DNA of 64,000 nucleotides from Octopus sinensis (lineage: Eukaryota): contig NC_043005.1 of assembly GCF_006345805.1 (NCBI RefSeq), forward strand, positions 53,320,001 through 53,384,000. Direction: 5' to 3'. The notes under the pieces are model-generated. The model made no database searches, was not told where the DNA came from, and worked only from the letters and a program-made list of their open reading frames with translations. The translations under genes and the position numbers were made by a program. Shown here in pieces: positions 38,621-51,960 of the stretch (position 1 is its first letter; each line of letters begins with the position of its first letter).

Positions 38621-39129
38621 AGTATAAGTTGTCACGTAGCACTTTGAGGTAATTCCCGTCGAAGGAGGCCACTCCAAACCTGCTGGTCTCTGCACCCGTC
38701 TTAGTCCGCTTAGTACTTACTCTCAAACTACTTGGCGCAGGCAAGAAGAACATTCCTGTAGCGTCAGGGATCAGTTTTCATAGCTATTTGAGGACGTTTC
38801 GCTCTTATTGATAACCTTCGAAGACGAAGAATCTGCCATCAAATAATTTACCTGAAATCAAGTGCGTCCTTATAAGTCTGCGAAATATCTCCCTGCATAT
38901 GCTGTGTGTCGGCAGCATTTTGCATCAAGCATACAGAATCAAGTACATGATTCTCTTCCCATGTGTCATGTCAACTTCAAGTTTACACATAGTTGCTGTA
39001 ATCCCTGTCACTATTGCATATTTGTCTCATTGATCAATGGAGCTTTGAACTGACAATCTTCTGTGCTTGGAATGTTGTTCGAATGAAAAGTGGCCACATT
39101 CCAAAAATTCTTTTGTACAGCTAATAAAA

Positions 39130-39221
39130 GGAGAAATATCGTGGCGTCCTTTATAATCGATCCATGACATAGCTAAGTTAGTTTTCCTCCTCTTGCAGTC
39201 TCAAAATATAGTTTTATCTAC
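39130..39221 (-). mobile_element. Decayed R4/Dong-type RT fragment (may extend to ~38620)
   Basis: Minus strand VDKTIF*DCKRRKTNLAMSWIDYK, matching the R4 RT motif LIDK.I..DC..R..NL.MAWIDYKKA. Confidence 0.6.
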
Positions 39222-40243
39222 CGGAGAGGTCAAATTGTTGGTGCCTGTACGGCAGGTGCAAACGTAACGAAAGCAGCCGAAATGTTTGGTGAATCAAGAA
39301 GTACTGTCTCGAAAGTAATGACAGCCTCTGAGAAAGAGGGAAAAACCTCTTCGTTGAAACAAAACTCTGGAAGGAAACCAAAACTTTCAGATAGGGGCTG
39401 TCGTACTCTTACACGGATTGTTAGAAAGGATCACAAAAGTACAGCTCCCAAAATTCCTGCAGAGCTTAATGACCTCCTCGAGAACCCAGTTTCCACAAAA
39501 ACTGTTCGCCGAGAGCTGTACAAACCCGGATTTCATGGGAGGGCTGCAATCAGAAAACCACTACTTTCAAAAACAAACGTTGCGAAGCGTTTAGAGTGGA
39601 GTATAAACCTACAGTATTGGTCTCTAGAGCAGTGGAAGAATATTATTTTCTGGGATGTGTCATCCTTTGCCTTATTTCTGACCACCGCCTTCTTCCAACT
39701 GTTAAACATGGAGAAAAATCTGTGATGATCTGGGAGTGGCGGGATATAAGTTGGAAATCTGCTGGCCCAATAGTTTCCCATCATGGCAGAATTAATAGAC
39801 AAGACTATTTAAGCGTTTTATCTGATCAAATTCATCCTATGGTTGCGGAACTGTTTCCGGAAGGAAACGCAATCTTTAAGGATGATAATGCACCAATTCA
39901 CACAGCTAAAGTTGTTAATGAATGGCACGAGAAACATTCTAGTGAAGTTGAACATCTTATCTGGCTACCACAGTCCCCAGATCTCAATATTATTGAACAT
40001 TTATGGTGCGCTTTAGAAAAACAAGTAAGGAGCCGATATACTTCACTATCATCACTACAAGAACTGGAGACTGTTTTAGCTGAAGGATGGACAAAAATTC
40101 CTTTGGAAACAATTCAAAGTTTGTACGAGTCCATACCTCGTAGAATTGAAGCTGTAATTACTACCAAATGCGGTCCTACTCCATATTAAAATATATTTGT
40201 TTGAAATTTTAAGGTGTTTTCATTATTTTGTCCAAGCCCTGTA
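39222..40243 (+). pseudogene. Tc1-type DD36E transposase, 5'-truncated, internally deleted and frameshifted, with the right TIR
   Basis: RGQIVGA..SRSTVSKVM..GRKPKLS HTH region; WDVSS, FKDDNAPIH, SPDLNIIE; stop 40189; terminal ..ttttgtccaagccctg|TA; left TIR absent. Confidence 0.92.
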
Positions 40244-40261
40244 TATTAATAAGACATATCG

Positions 40262-40530
40262 AGAGGATGGTTGTTAGTGCCTCATAGTCCGAGAGAAAGG
40301 TTTCTGTAACTTCTTGTAAACAACCAGCACACATGATTTGTTTATAGTGGTCAAATGTGTGTGCCTCCATCAAATAAACGTTGCTTCAACAGATACACGG
40401 TGTATCACACGTCAGGTGCTAAAGTGATCGCAGAGCAACTCTAGATTAAGTGTTTTACTCAAGGGCACAACACAAACACCGTCCTGGAACTGAAGCCCCG
40501 ATATCGTAATCGTCAGTACAATACCCTATG
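40262..40530 (-). mobile_element. Diverged type D SINE with tail 4
   Basis: cacgtcaggtgctaaagtgatcgcagagcaac..gtgttttactcaagggcacaacac is the reverse complement of the 32180 family. Confidence 0.6.
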
Positions 40531-40549
40531 CAGAAGTTCATGCACCCTC

Positions 40550-40810
40550 GAATTCAAGAACACACGCTATCCTTCATTTTTGGGATCAACAATACTTTAT
40601 TATCTCCCTTTCTTTCAACCTCTTCTTTCAAACTTTTTTCTAATCAGTAGCCATGCTTGACCACTAAATCCACAAGTTTTATTTATTCTCTCTCTCTCTG
40701 TTTATTTTCTCTTATTCTTTTCGGTTGAAGAGCGTAGGCTCGAAACGTAAAAGACTTTTTCATTTTGCCGGGGGTCAAACTAATACACCTGCTTGTTGTT
40801 GATACACCTG
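40550..40810 (+). repeat. Pseudo-LTR-like fragment with a variant hammerhead-like motif
   Basis: tctttt-cgg-TTGAAGA-gcgtaggctc-GAAA-cgt-aaaaga at 40715-40754. Confidence 0.4.
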
Positions 40811-40893
40811 TCTCGAGAGTGTTAAGAAACACCTACGGTGCTAGAAATACGAGCGGTGTTTCTCAACACCCTAGCAACATTTTGTGATATTTA

Positions 40894-40944
<51 letters not shown>

Positions 40945-41969
40945 ATCTATCTATCTATCTCTCTCTATATATATATATTTATATATATATATGAAGGTTT
41001 AGAGATGATGTACAGGTATTTTATATTAGAAGAAACGAGGTACTCAGAAATTCGGATGGTTTTATGTTTACAGATATTTATTTGTATATTACCTGTTTTT
41101 ATACATCATATATATATATATATATATATATGCGCACGCATGTCATGCACATACATACAGAGGCACGTTCATTAAATATATTTGTGTATGCTGGTGTTTA
41201 TGTATACGCATATAAAGCCGCTATGTAAAGAAAGAGAAAGCCCACTGAAAATTTTCCGAAAGAATGAAAATAAGCTCCGCATAAATTATTCAAATGAAGC
41301 TAACGGAGAACCAAACATCACCATAGCTTAACACACGGCTTCCAAATGTTTACAAGAGTTTCTGTCTGAACCAGTAACTACGTGAACAACATCAATAACA
41401 AAAATCTTAGCGATAATAGCAATAACAATAAATAGTTTAACAGATGGGTGGGTATTATAGTTTCTGTTATGTCATAATACATAGATAAAAGCTGGCAGAA
41501 AATGCTATTGTTTAAATAGGGACGGGAAATGGTGGACAACCTGGAGGTTTTTATTTTATAAATTCATCTATTACTTAGGTTTCGTGTGTAAGAATTTTAA
41601 GAGAATTTAATTCGAAAGGCAAGAAATCTTAATGGGACTGAAATTGAAAGTAAAAGGAAAATAACGGAATAAATAAATATATTAATAAAAAAAAAGCAAC
41701 AGACACTATTCCTAAAAGTCGCTAAAAGTTGTGATAAATATAAGATATTACACAAAAGAAAAAAGTATTTGACGTTCCCTGAAGTGGCGGAAATTTCTGG
41801 TAAAATACACAACAAAACAAACATTTATTTCGTCCACATAGCTTTATACACATTAATTTTTTTGATTTGAAAAATAGTTTTCTAAAATGTATAAGTCTTT
41901 TGATAAAAGTTTTCTCAGTATACGTATATGTATATCCATGTATGTATGCGTGTATGCATAATGTACGTA

Positions 41970-42012
<43 letters not shown>

Positions 42013-42190
42013 GTAATGCATATGTGTGTATGTGTGTGTGTTCATTACATTTATTTATTTATGTGGATGAGTTAAGAATCAAATCATTTTTCCTAATACT
42101 TTTTGTCAGTTATTGAAAAATATATCTAAATATACTCACAAAGACTTTAGACAACATTTGAAAAGAAAATACATTTATCTTCTTCTTCTT

Positions 42191-42221
<31 letters not shown>

Positions 42222-42256
42222 TTATTATTATTATTATTATTATTATCATTATTATT

Positions 42257-42341
<85 letters not shown>

Positions 42342-42759
42342 TTCTCTCTTCCATTCTTTTTTTTTTCATCATTTGCAATATCTGTAATAGTTTCATGGCT
42401 TTCAGCAAAATCACTTATCTTTTATTAGTAAAATTAAAATTTGAAAAATGTTCTTAAATCTATGCAGTTTACTAAATCTTTATTTTAGTATCTTACTGTA
42501 TATGTACTTTACCTCTGCTATACGTTCTAAGAATATCTGTGGGGGGTTACTTCAAAGATATGCGACTCTACACACACACACACACACACACACATGTATA
42601 CACGTATGTATGCGTACACACAAAACAGCAGATGAAAGTACCCATATGCGCTTGTGCATCTTTATGTGTATCTATGTATGCGCACTTATATGCGTGTCGG
42701 TTTGTGTATATGTACAGTGCATATATATATGTACACATATGTGTGTATTTATATCAATG

Positions 42760-42803
<44 letters not shown>

Positions 42804-43192
42804 TATATCATATTATATTATATTATATATGTGTTTGTATGTATATAACCAGACTACATGTATCTGATAGCATTGATGCATCTGTATGTTCTCATTTTAT
42901 TCGAGTTGTTATTTGCCTTGTCTAATTCTCTATATTTGTTTATATATGCATTTCTTATTTTCGTTTGTTTCTTTAGCCAACCAATCTAGAGAATCAAGAA
43001 TGCATTTTGTATTTTAAGATCATTGTCATCAGAGAGAATATCCTCTTATGTTGTATGTTTTATACGAAGTTCTCTTGTTGAAATGCCATGTCTTAGACCA
43101 AGCGATCTTGGTCTACATACACACATACACACAGACACATACATAGATACATAAATACATAAATAGATTGATAGACGGATAGATATGGACGT

Positions 43193-43690
43193 AGTCATAG
43201 CTGTGTGGTAAGAACTTCGCGTCTCAAACATACGGTTCCGGGTTCAGTCTCATGCGGGGCATCGTGAGTAAGTGCCTTCTACTACAGCTTCAGGCCTACC
43301 AAAGCCCTGTGTATGGATTTGTTAGACAGAAAGTGAAAGAAGCCCGTCGCATGCATATGTCTAGATGCGTGTGTCTTGACAACTGGTGTTAGTTTATTTA
43401 TGTCCCCTTAACTAAGCGGTTCTGCACTACAGATCGGCAATGCAATATCAGGGTTTAAAAAATGATTACTGAAGTAGAGTTGTTTGTCTAAAATCCTTCA
43501 AGGAGGTGCTCCAGCGTGGAGCACCTCCTTGAGGCATATACACAACGGGCTTCTTTCCGTTTCCGTCTACCAAATCCACTCAAAAGGCTTTGGTCAGCCC
43601 TGGGCTATAGTAGTAGACACTTGCCCAAGGTGCTACGGAGTGAGACTGAACCCGGAACCATGTGGTTCGTAGGCAAGCTTCTTACCACAC
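43193..43690. mobile_element. Type A SINE (+, 43193-43515) joined through a perfect 16-bp hairpin to a type A SINE 5' half (-, 43540-43690)
   Basis: tcaaggaggtgctcca-gcg-tggagcacctccttga at 43498-43532. Confidence 0.8.
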
Positions 43691-43904
43691 AATTTAGTTT
43701 TCATTTTATATTTTTCCTTTTTCTCTTTATCTTTTTTCTCATTTTTCTGTATCACATGACTTTGTAAATGAACAATTTGGCGTGTTTTATTTTAATAGCC
43801 TACCAATGTATACAGTGAGTCCTCTGCCATAAGTGTAAGAAAGACACCCGGCAAGAAATAGAAACAGAATTGAAAGATGATAACGGTAATAATAAACGTG
43901 TCTA

Positions 43905-44515
43905 CTGTGGGCACGAGGCCTGAAATTTTAAGGGAAGGGGTAAGTAGATAACATGGACCCCAGTACTTGACTGGTACTTAATTTATCGACCCCGAAAGGA
44001 TGAAAGGCAAAGTCGACCTCGGCGGAATTTCAACTCAGAACGCAGCAGTAGACGAAATACTACTAAGTATTTCGTCCGGCATGTAAAGATTCTGTCACCT
44101 CGCTGCCTTAATCATAACAAAAACAACAACAACAACAATAACAACAATAATCCTTTGTATTATAGGTATAAGGCTGTAAAGTTAGAGGCGGGAGGAAGTC
44201 GATTACATCGCTCTTAGTATTCAACTGATATTTATTTTATCGAGATCGAAAGGTTGAGAGGTAAAGTCAACCGTGGCACAATTTGAGTGCAGAATGTAAA
44301 GATGGACGAAATGCTGCTAAGCATTTCGGTCAAAGCTGGTAGAATCGTTAGCTCTCCAAGTACAATGCTTAGCGTATTTATGTTCTGAGTTCAAATTCAG
44401 CCGAGGCCGAATTTCCTTTTCATTCTTTTGGAGTCGATAAAGTACCAGTTGAATAATAGGGTGGATATGATCGACTTACCCCGCCCCATAAATTGCTGGC
44501 TTCGTGTCAAAATTT
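43905..44515. mobile_element. Cluster of three type B SINEs (-, 43905-44108; -, 44165-44325; +, 44335-44515)
   Basis: Shared ttatcgaccccgaaaggatgaaaggcaaagtcgac core in both orientations. Confidence 0.75.
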
Positions 44516-44535
44516 AAAACCACCACCACCAACTT

Positions 44536-44580
<45 letters not shown>

Positions 44581-44581
44581 A

Positions 44582-44618
<37 letters not shown>

Positions 44619-45419
44619 ACTACTACTACTACTACTACTATACTACTACTACTACTACTACTATCATTAATCTGGGACTTTTTGAGCGGCATTTCCCCCG
44701 GATTATCAGCCCTACTCTTCTGGATTCTATTAAGCAGTTATTTTTCTAATTAATATTTTCATATCCTTGTGTTATATCCTTATTGTTGTCATGTCTCCCC
44801 ACGATAGGTGCAAACCCTACCTGCTTGTGTGTCGCATCTTTTCCTTTAATATCGCCTTCCATGTCTTTTGACCTTGTAGCCAAATGAATAAATCATCATT
44901 ATTGTCATTATTATTATTATATTTAAAACTTCTCATGACCAGACGTCTATAACAATTCTCATAACAATGTTTTGTCTCTAGATTATTCATAGAAAAAGGA
45001 ATTTTCTCGATCCTGCTTTTCCTTTAGAATACTAACAAAATGCTTTGAGATAAATTAAAATCCACTTCATTCTGAGGTGGAAGAAATTTTAGTCCTCGAC
45101 ACTGTTTACATTTCTGTTTTTTAGTTTGAGTAGCAGCCTGTAGCATTGCTATTCGTGCTTAAGCATGGCTAACTCAATGCTTTCAAAAGGAGGTACTCAT
45201 CAAAATCTCATAGTGTTAATAGTGAAAAGAATTTTAAACAACCAATGTGTTTTTCATTGCTATTGTTTTCGAAATCCAGTGCAAAACTAAGAACAAACGC
45301 TATGGTTATTGGACAGAGAAGTCAAAACAAGAAATTACAGATACATATCAAAATTATTAATTTAAATGTTAAAACAACATATGCATCAACGAGAACAACA
45401 TCTACTGTAGAGTGATTTT

Positions 45420-45760
45420 TACTAAATTGTCGGTCATAGAATTATACAGAATATAAGGGAATCCTCAATCAAGGAGAAAGAGAAACAGTAGACAAGGTAT
45501 GTTACAATAATGAATGCATCTAAGAAATAGAAAGGAGGATTTGCAAATGTCAAGGAAGGTTCTTAAATATCTACAAAACAAGATTTAGAAGCATTTCTCT
45601 GGAGCGGGGCTGGACACATCCAAGCTGATGATGTTGATTATTGCAGAAGAGGAGACGAGTAAATACACAAGGCTAGAGCGCTAAACATCTGGTGCACAGT
45701 TATATGGACATGAGATACAGCAAAAGTTGTTGCTACAGTTAGAGATGTTGTTGCTACGGT
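45420..45760 (+). mobile_element. Highly decayed RTE-clade LINE fragment
   Basis: NQGERETVDKVCY..CI*EIERRIC..RALNIWCTVI/YGHE resembles RTE ORF motifs after the RT core. Confidence 0.4.
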
Positions 45761-45823
45761 TAACCTTTTCCTAATCACCTTTAATCACGTGGAGATACGG
45801 GAAGAGAATGTCATAATATATTT

Positions 45824-45863
<40 letters not shown>

Positions 45864-45884
45864 AGAGAGAGAAAGAGAGAGGGA

Positions 45885-45922
<38 letters not shown>

Positions 45923-46113
45923 AGAGAGAGAAGGTTCATGGGGAAAATGAACTAGAAGAGATCAGGAAATAATGAAGAGGAGTCGAAGATGCAAGATGTC
46001 TCATAAGTATGTGATAGAAGACCCGCAAAAAAGAGTGAAGAGACTCTTGTCAAAACTTTAGACCCAGACTAGATCATTCATGATAACCGTACACAGTACA
46101 AACGTATCTATCT

Positions 46114-46203
<90 letters not shown>

Positions 46204-46240
46204 AATCTATGTATCTATCTGTCTATCTCCCTATCTATCC

Positions 46241-46274
<34 letters not shown>

Positions 46275-46278
46275 GATA

Positions 46279-46329
<51 letters not shown>

Positions 46330-47885
46330 CAGAGACAGATGGATAAATGAGCAGATAAACTTATGCAGTATATGAATGTATATATGTATGAATATAGGTA
46401 TATAGAAATATGTGCATGTATGTATGTATGTATGTATGTATGTATGTATGTGATGTATCTATGCATGTATGTATGTATGTATGTATGTATGTATGTATGT
46501 ATGTATGTATCTATGCATGTATGTATGTATGTATGTATGTATGTATGTGTGTATGTATGTATGTATGTATGTATGTATGCATGTATGCATGTATGTATGT
46601 ATGTATGCATGCAGGTATGTATGTCTATATATTTTCACCTGTAACAGTTGACCTATCAATGTTATCAGCGATTAAGAAGTGTGAAATTGGAAAATGATTA
46701 TAGCCACATCTGAATCATATCAGAGCCGGGGGTAAATAATTTGGAAACTTTTTATTCTCTTTGAACATTCGCCCCAGGAATGTATCAGCTTCACGCTTAA
46801 ATTCAGTTAGAGAAATGTGTGATAGATTGTGTGTATACACACACACAGACACACAACACACACAGACACACACACACACAGAAGAAAATATATATATATA
46901 GAGAGAGAATATGCATATACATACGTACATAATACATACATACATACATATATATATATATTTATATATGTATGTATATATACATACACACACACACACA
47001 CATATATAATATATATGTATATATACATATATATGTATATAAGCATATAATTATCTGTATTATATATACATACACACATAAACTTACAAATACACGCAAA
47101 GACAAGACAGACACACACATACATATATTAAAATGTATATGATTATTAAACGTAATTAGAAAAAGCGTAGAAAAAAATAATTAAACTGTATTTTATGGTG
47201 AATTATTTATATGGTAAAGAAATATACTTTGCAACCAAGTCACCGCTTCGTAGCAATATCTTATACGAGTAAATTATCCCTTGTTCATCTTAACCTTGGT
47301 TGTATACTTTGGTTGATGGAAACTTTGCAGAAACTCTTGGGATGATTTCTCTCATTAACTCAAATGGTCCAACGTTATCACATTGTTTCTCGCTGATTCC
47401 TCTTAAATTATATTATCCGTCTGAACGAGTCAAGTAAATGTATCCGCTCAAAATTGTATTACTGTTAACTACGGTAAGTGATTTCCCCCCACTAGTTTTG
47501 GAAAGACCTCTTCTTATGCTGCAAGAAGCAAAAAATACTTCATGTGACCCATTTTACGAAATCAACATTTCTGAAAATGCCACTTTTATTTTATGGTGGA
47601 TAATTTACGCCATCACGGGCATCACAATGAAATTTAACTACGTATCAATTTCGGGATGTACCTTCCAGTCTAACTAGGGGCTACAGTGGAAAATACATAC
47701 CTATGTTACTGCGGAGTGAACTGAACCAAAGACCATATAGTTGGGAAGCAAGATTATTATCACACAGCCATACACGCGCATCTAACAATTTCCTAAGTCA
47801 ACGATGGTGCTTTATTTGGTTTCTTCAGATATAGCAACCGAATCGTCTACAAATTGTTATATATATACACACACACACACATATA

Positions 47886-47977
<92 letters not shown>

Positions 47978-48065
47978 CATATCTACCTACCTACCTACCT
48001 ACCTGCCTACCTGTCTGTCTGTGTTATGTATGTATATGTGTGTGTGTGTTGGAAAAAACCATTGC

Positions 48066-48420
48066 TATTCGGTACTGTTACTGTATATCTCTCGCTTACA
48101 GAGATATACAGTAACAGTTGTAACAGTAGTAGTTGTTTTTCTATTTACGAGATCAGCGATTGTGTGTCACTTAAAAGATATATAGTATTTGCAAGTGGAG
48201 AGAGCCTTCATCACTAGCCAGTCATATTCTCACACTGATGACGCCTAACTACTCAGAAATCTAGGTGTGTGAGCATTATGTATGACTAGAAATGGGAGCG
48301 ATGACCTCCCTTGCATTGACTATACGGGCACATTTCTTATATGTGCCGGTAACCAACTGGAAAAGATATTTCCCTGGGGCTAAATAACCATAACATCGTC
48401 CTTGTATAGAACGATGTTTC
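48066..48420 (+). mobile_element. Third, older copy of the ~345-bp hammerhead unit
   Basis: ctcaca-CTGATGA-..-GAAA-tctag-GTG-tgtgag at 48229-48273; ctagaaatgggagcgatgacct shared with 33150-33170. Confidence 0.7.
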
Positions 48421-48524
48421 TGATTAAAAAGAAGGAATACATTGTTTGCTAAACTTATTCTTGCACGAAACTTATGAAAATACAAGATTTTCATAGCTCG
48501 AACAACTTTCGTTATTAATTTTTC

Positions 48525-48620
48525 CTAAGGCGGTGAGCTTGTAGAATCGTTATCACACTGGACGAAATGCTTAGCAGTATTTCGTCCGTCGCTACGTTAT
48601 GAGTTCAAATTCGACCGACT
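48525..48620 (+). mobile_element. Type B SINE 5' part
   Basis: ggcggtgagcttgtagaatcgttatcac..gagttcaaattc. Confidence 0.75.
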
Positions 48621-49049
48621 TGCTATTCGGTACTATTACTGTATATCACTCGCTCAGAGATTTAAAACACGTTGTTTTTCACTTTATATATATATATATA
48701 TATATATTGTTTTTGAGAAATAGAGATATTGCATATTGTACCACAAGATACACTATGTCTAAAAGTTTTTAAAATTGAAAGGATGCTAAAATGCTAACGT
48801 GTGAAACACTTCTGATCATAGGTTAGAAAGGTCACAAAGGGATAAATTACAAAACCTAGGCCATCCTACAATGAAACAATTAGACAGCGGAAGAAACTCT
48901 GTTTCGAAATTTCATGGAAATCGCGTGCATTTGCCTTTAAGATGGACACAAACATCAATGTTGCTGATTTACAAATAATGTTCCTTACACATATTTATAC
49001 ATTCATGCATACATATGTAAATATATACAGACAAGCAGACAGACAGAGA

Positions 49050-49575
49050 AGAGAGACTGTGTACATTTATAGAAACTGCTCGGCGGGTGTTAACGTAACG
49101 CTTAAATTCAGCGAAAGACAAAATACCAACGCTGAATCAAGAAATCTATAGCTAATCTAGCCAGATTACAAATTCAGTTTTATACCTGAAATCATTGGGG
49201 CACTGAGATGCATAACACGCTGCCTATGTACCAATCTTGAAGAATTAGTCTTCGCAAAATTAGAAAGGAGAAAGCTGACTCGAAGACTAGAGATCCAAGC
49301 CATCACTGGAACTGTAAATATTTGTAAAACTTTCCAGAAGATTATCATTTAAGTATGGACATGTCTAAGCATACAACAATATGTATGGGAATACATGCAT
49401 AACACAAAAATACAAATCTGAAAATGCACTGACTCCAAATGTATATATATACACATATATACACATTGATGCAAAAATACCCTGTTGATGTAGAAATTCC
49501 AATGAATTGGATTTAGGTTAGAGACCGCTTCTATTGGCAAGAAATGTTGAAATTATACTGAATAATAACATACAT
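49050..49575 (+). mobile_element. RLE non-LTR family B, 5'-truncated copy
   Basis: ..PDYKFSFIPEIIGAL..LEIQAITGTVNICKTFQKIII* (stop 49350-49352); 3' UTR ends atactgaataataacatacatacat. Confidence 0.75.
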
Positions 49576-49744
49576 ACATGCTTACAATATGCATGCACAC
49601 ACACACATATAAATACATACATACATACATACACATATGTATATATTATATATACATATATATGCACCGAATATATGAAAAAATACAACCAGCAAAAATT
49701 ATTCATTATATGTGGGTATAAATATGTATAAATATGCACAGACA

Positions 49745-49794
<50 letters not shown>

Positions 49795-50254
49795 ATCTAT
49801 ATAATATATATATATATATATTATATATATATATATGTATATATACATACATATATATAAGCATATTATACACCACATATATAATGTAATGTGTACGTAT
49901 ATATACACTCATGAAGGTATCGGTGTATGAGTATGCATATATGTACGGAGCATTTGGAACTTATGTATATTATTACACGTCCCCAATTATCAAAGAGCCA
50001 CGTGATGATTACACAGTATTTTGTAAATAGGTTTATTCATATTATTTCAATATGGCCCCCATTATTTCAGCACAGCAAATGTTTGCTAAGCCTCTCATGG
50101 GAATTAGAGTATATTCGCTTCTTGAAATACCGGTGGCCATATTAAAAGTGTGTTTAGTACTCATATACATAAGTATGTGTATATACACATGTCTCATGTA
50201 TGTTTACACACGGGCACTCACATGCGCATGCATACACACATACACATACTCACA

Positions 50255-50292
<38 letters not shown>

Positions 50293-50411
50293 TGTATGCT
50301 TATGCATATGCACACTGTGTTTTGCTTATTCCTTTGAAGTTAATACGCAAAAGTTCTGTGAAAATTCCGTCACATTCTGTAATTATTAAGTTATTTACGT
50401 ACAGATTATAA

Positions 50412-50442
<31 letters not shown>

Positions 50443-50797
50443 TGTATGTATGTATGCATGCATATATATACATACATGTATCATGTATATATATGAGTAT
50501 ATATGTTTATTTATGCGTGTAAATAGTTATGTATGTATAGATATATAGATAGATATATTGACAGACAGAAAGACGAGACAGACAGAGAAATAGATAGACA
50601 GAGAGACAGACAGACTGAAAAATATAAAGGCAAACAGATAGATGAATTGTTGGATAGATAGATAGATAAGTAGATGGATATATAAAAAGAGAAAGAACGA
50701 AACATACTGATAGATATACACACATATATGCGTATTAATGTGAGTGTATCTATGTATATATATATATGTATAAGTATATCTATATTTATACCTCTAC

Positions 50798-50853
<56 letters not shown>

Positions 50854-50864
50854 ATATATATATA

Positions 50865-50900
<36 letters not shown>

Positions 50901-51383
50901 TATATATATATATAATAAATTATACATGCTTACACGCATGCATACATATATACATTCATACATACATAAATTCTTGACTAATAATTTCAAAGCACGTAAA
51001 TATACTTCAAGAAACCTGTAACGGAAACAAAAATACCCCCAAATATTCATATAGGTGATAACACTTGTACGAAAGAGAAATGTAAACAAATGTTAATTGT
51101 ATCAGTAATTTTTACTTAAAACCTACTTTACTTTTACAGTGCTTTGTCTCTTTAGCACATCTGAAATAATATTTAGCAAATAAAGTAAATTCTTTTGGTG
51201 GCAGCATTTGGCTCGTGAATTGCAAACTAAATTAACTTTACTTAATAATGTAAAACCGTAGTGGAGAAAATTCTCTGCGGAGAAGCAACTGAGACTGAAC
51301 ACATCACCAAAATATTGTTGAATAGTATACCTTAAGGTAAAAATACCAACTTTGGTCTCTAAAATGAGAACGCCAAAGTAAAT

Positions 51384-51389
51384 CAATAA

Positions 51390-51438
<49 letters not shown>

Positions 51439-51468
51439 TCAATAATAACAATGATAATAATAATAATA

Positions 51469-51516
<48 letters not shown>

Positions 51517-51567
51517 TATAATAATAATAATATTAATAATAATAATAATGATATTAATAATAATAAC

Positions 51568-51598
<31 letters not shown>

Positions 51599-51859
51599 TA
51601 TCAATAATAATAATGATAATAATAATAATAACAATAATTAATAATAATGATAATAATAATAATAATAATATGATAATGATAATGATAAGAATAATAATAA
51701 TAATAATAATATAATAATAATATAATATAATGATAATGATAATAACGATAATGATAATGATAATGAATAATGATAATGACAATGATAATAATAATAATAA
51801 AACAAAAACAATAACAATAATAATTATAATAATAAAATAATAACAACAACAACAACAAC

Positions 51860-51890
<31 letters not shown>

Positions 51891-51960
51891 TAATAATAGA
51901 ATAAAATAATAATAATAATAATAATAATAATTAATAATAATAATAATATAATAATAATAA
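51384..51960. repeat. ~580-bp degenerate (TAA)n array
   Basis: Direct reading; other (TAA/TTA)n arrays at 11324-11455, 22093-22390, 22825-22896, 42220-42340 and 52495-52655. Confidence 0.95.

Noticed and set aside
45440-45496. Apparent 57-nt exon ending at AAG|GTATGT
   Set aside because: Better explained as part of the decayed RTE fragment; weak acceptor
46715-46830. SLTEFKREADTFL resembling a CR1/L2 ORF2 C-terminus (minus strand)
   Set aside because: Too short for a supported call
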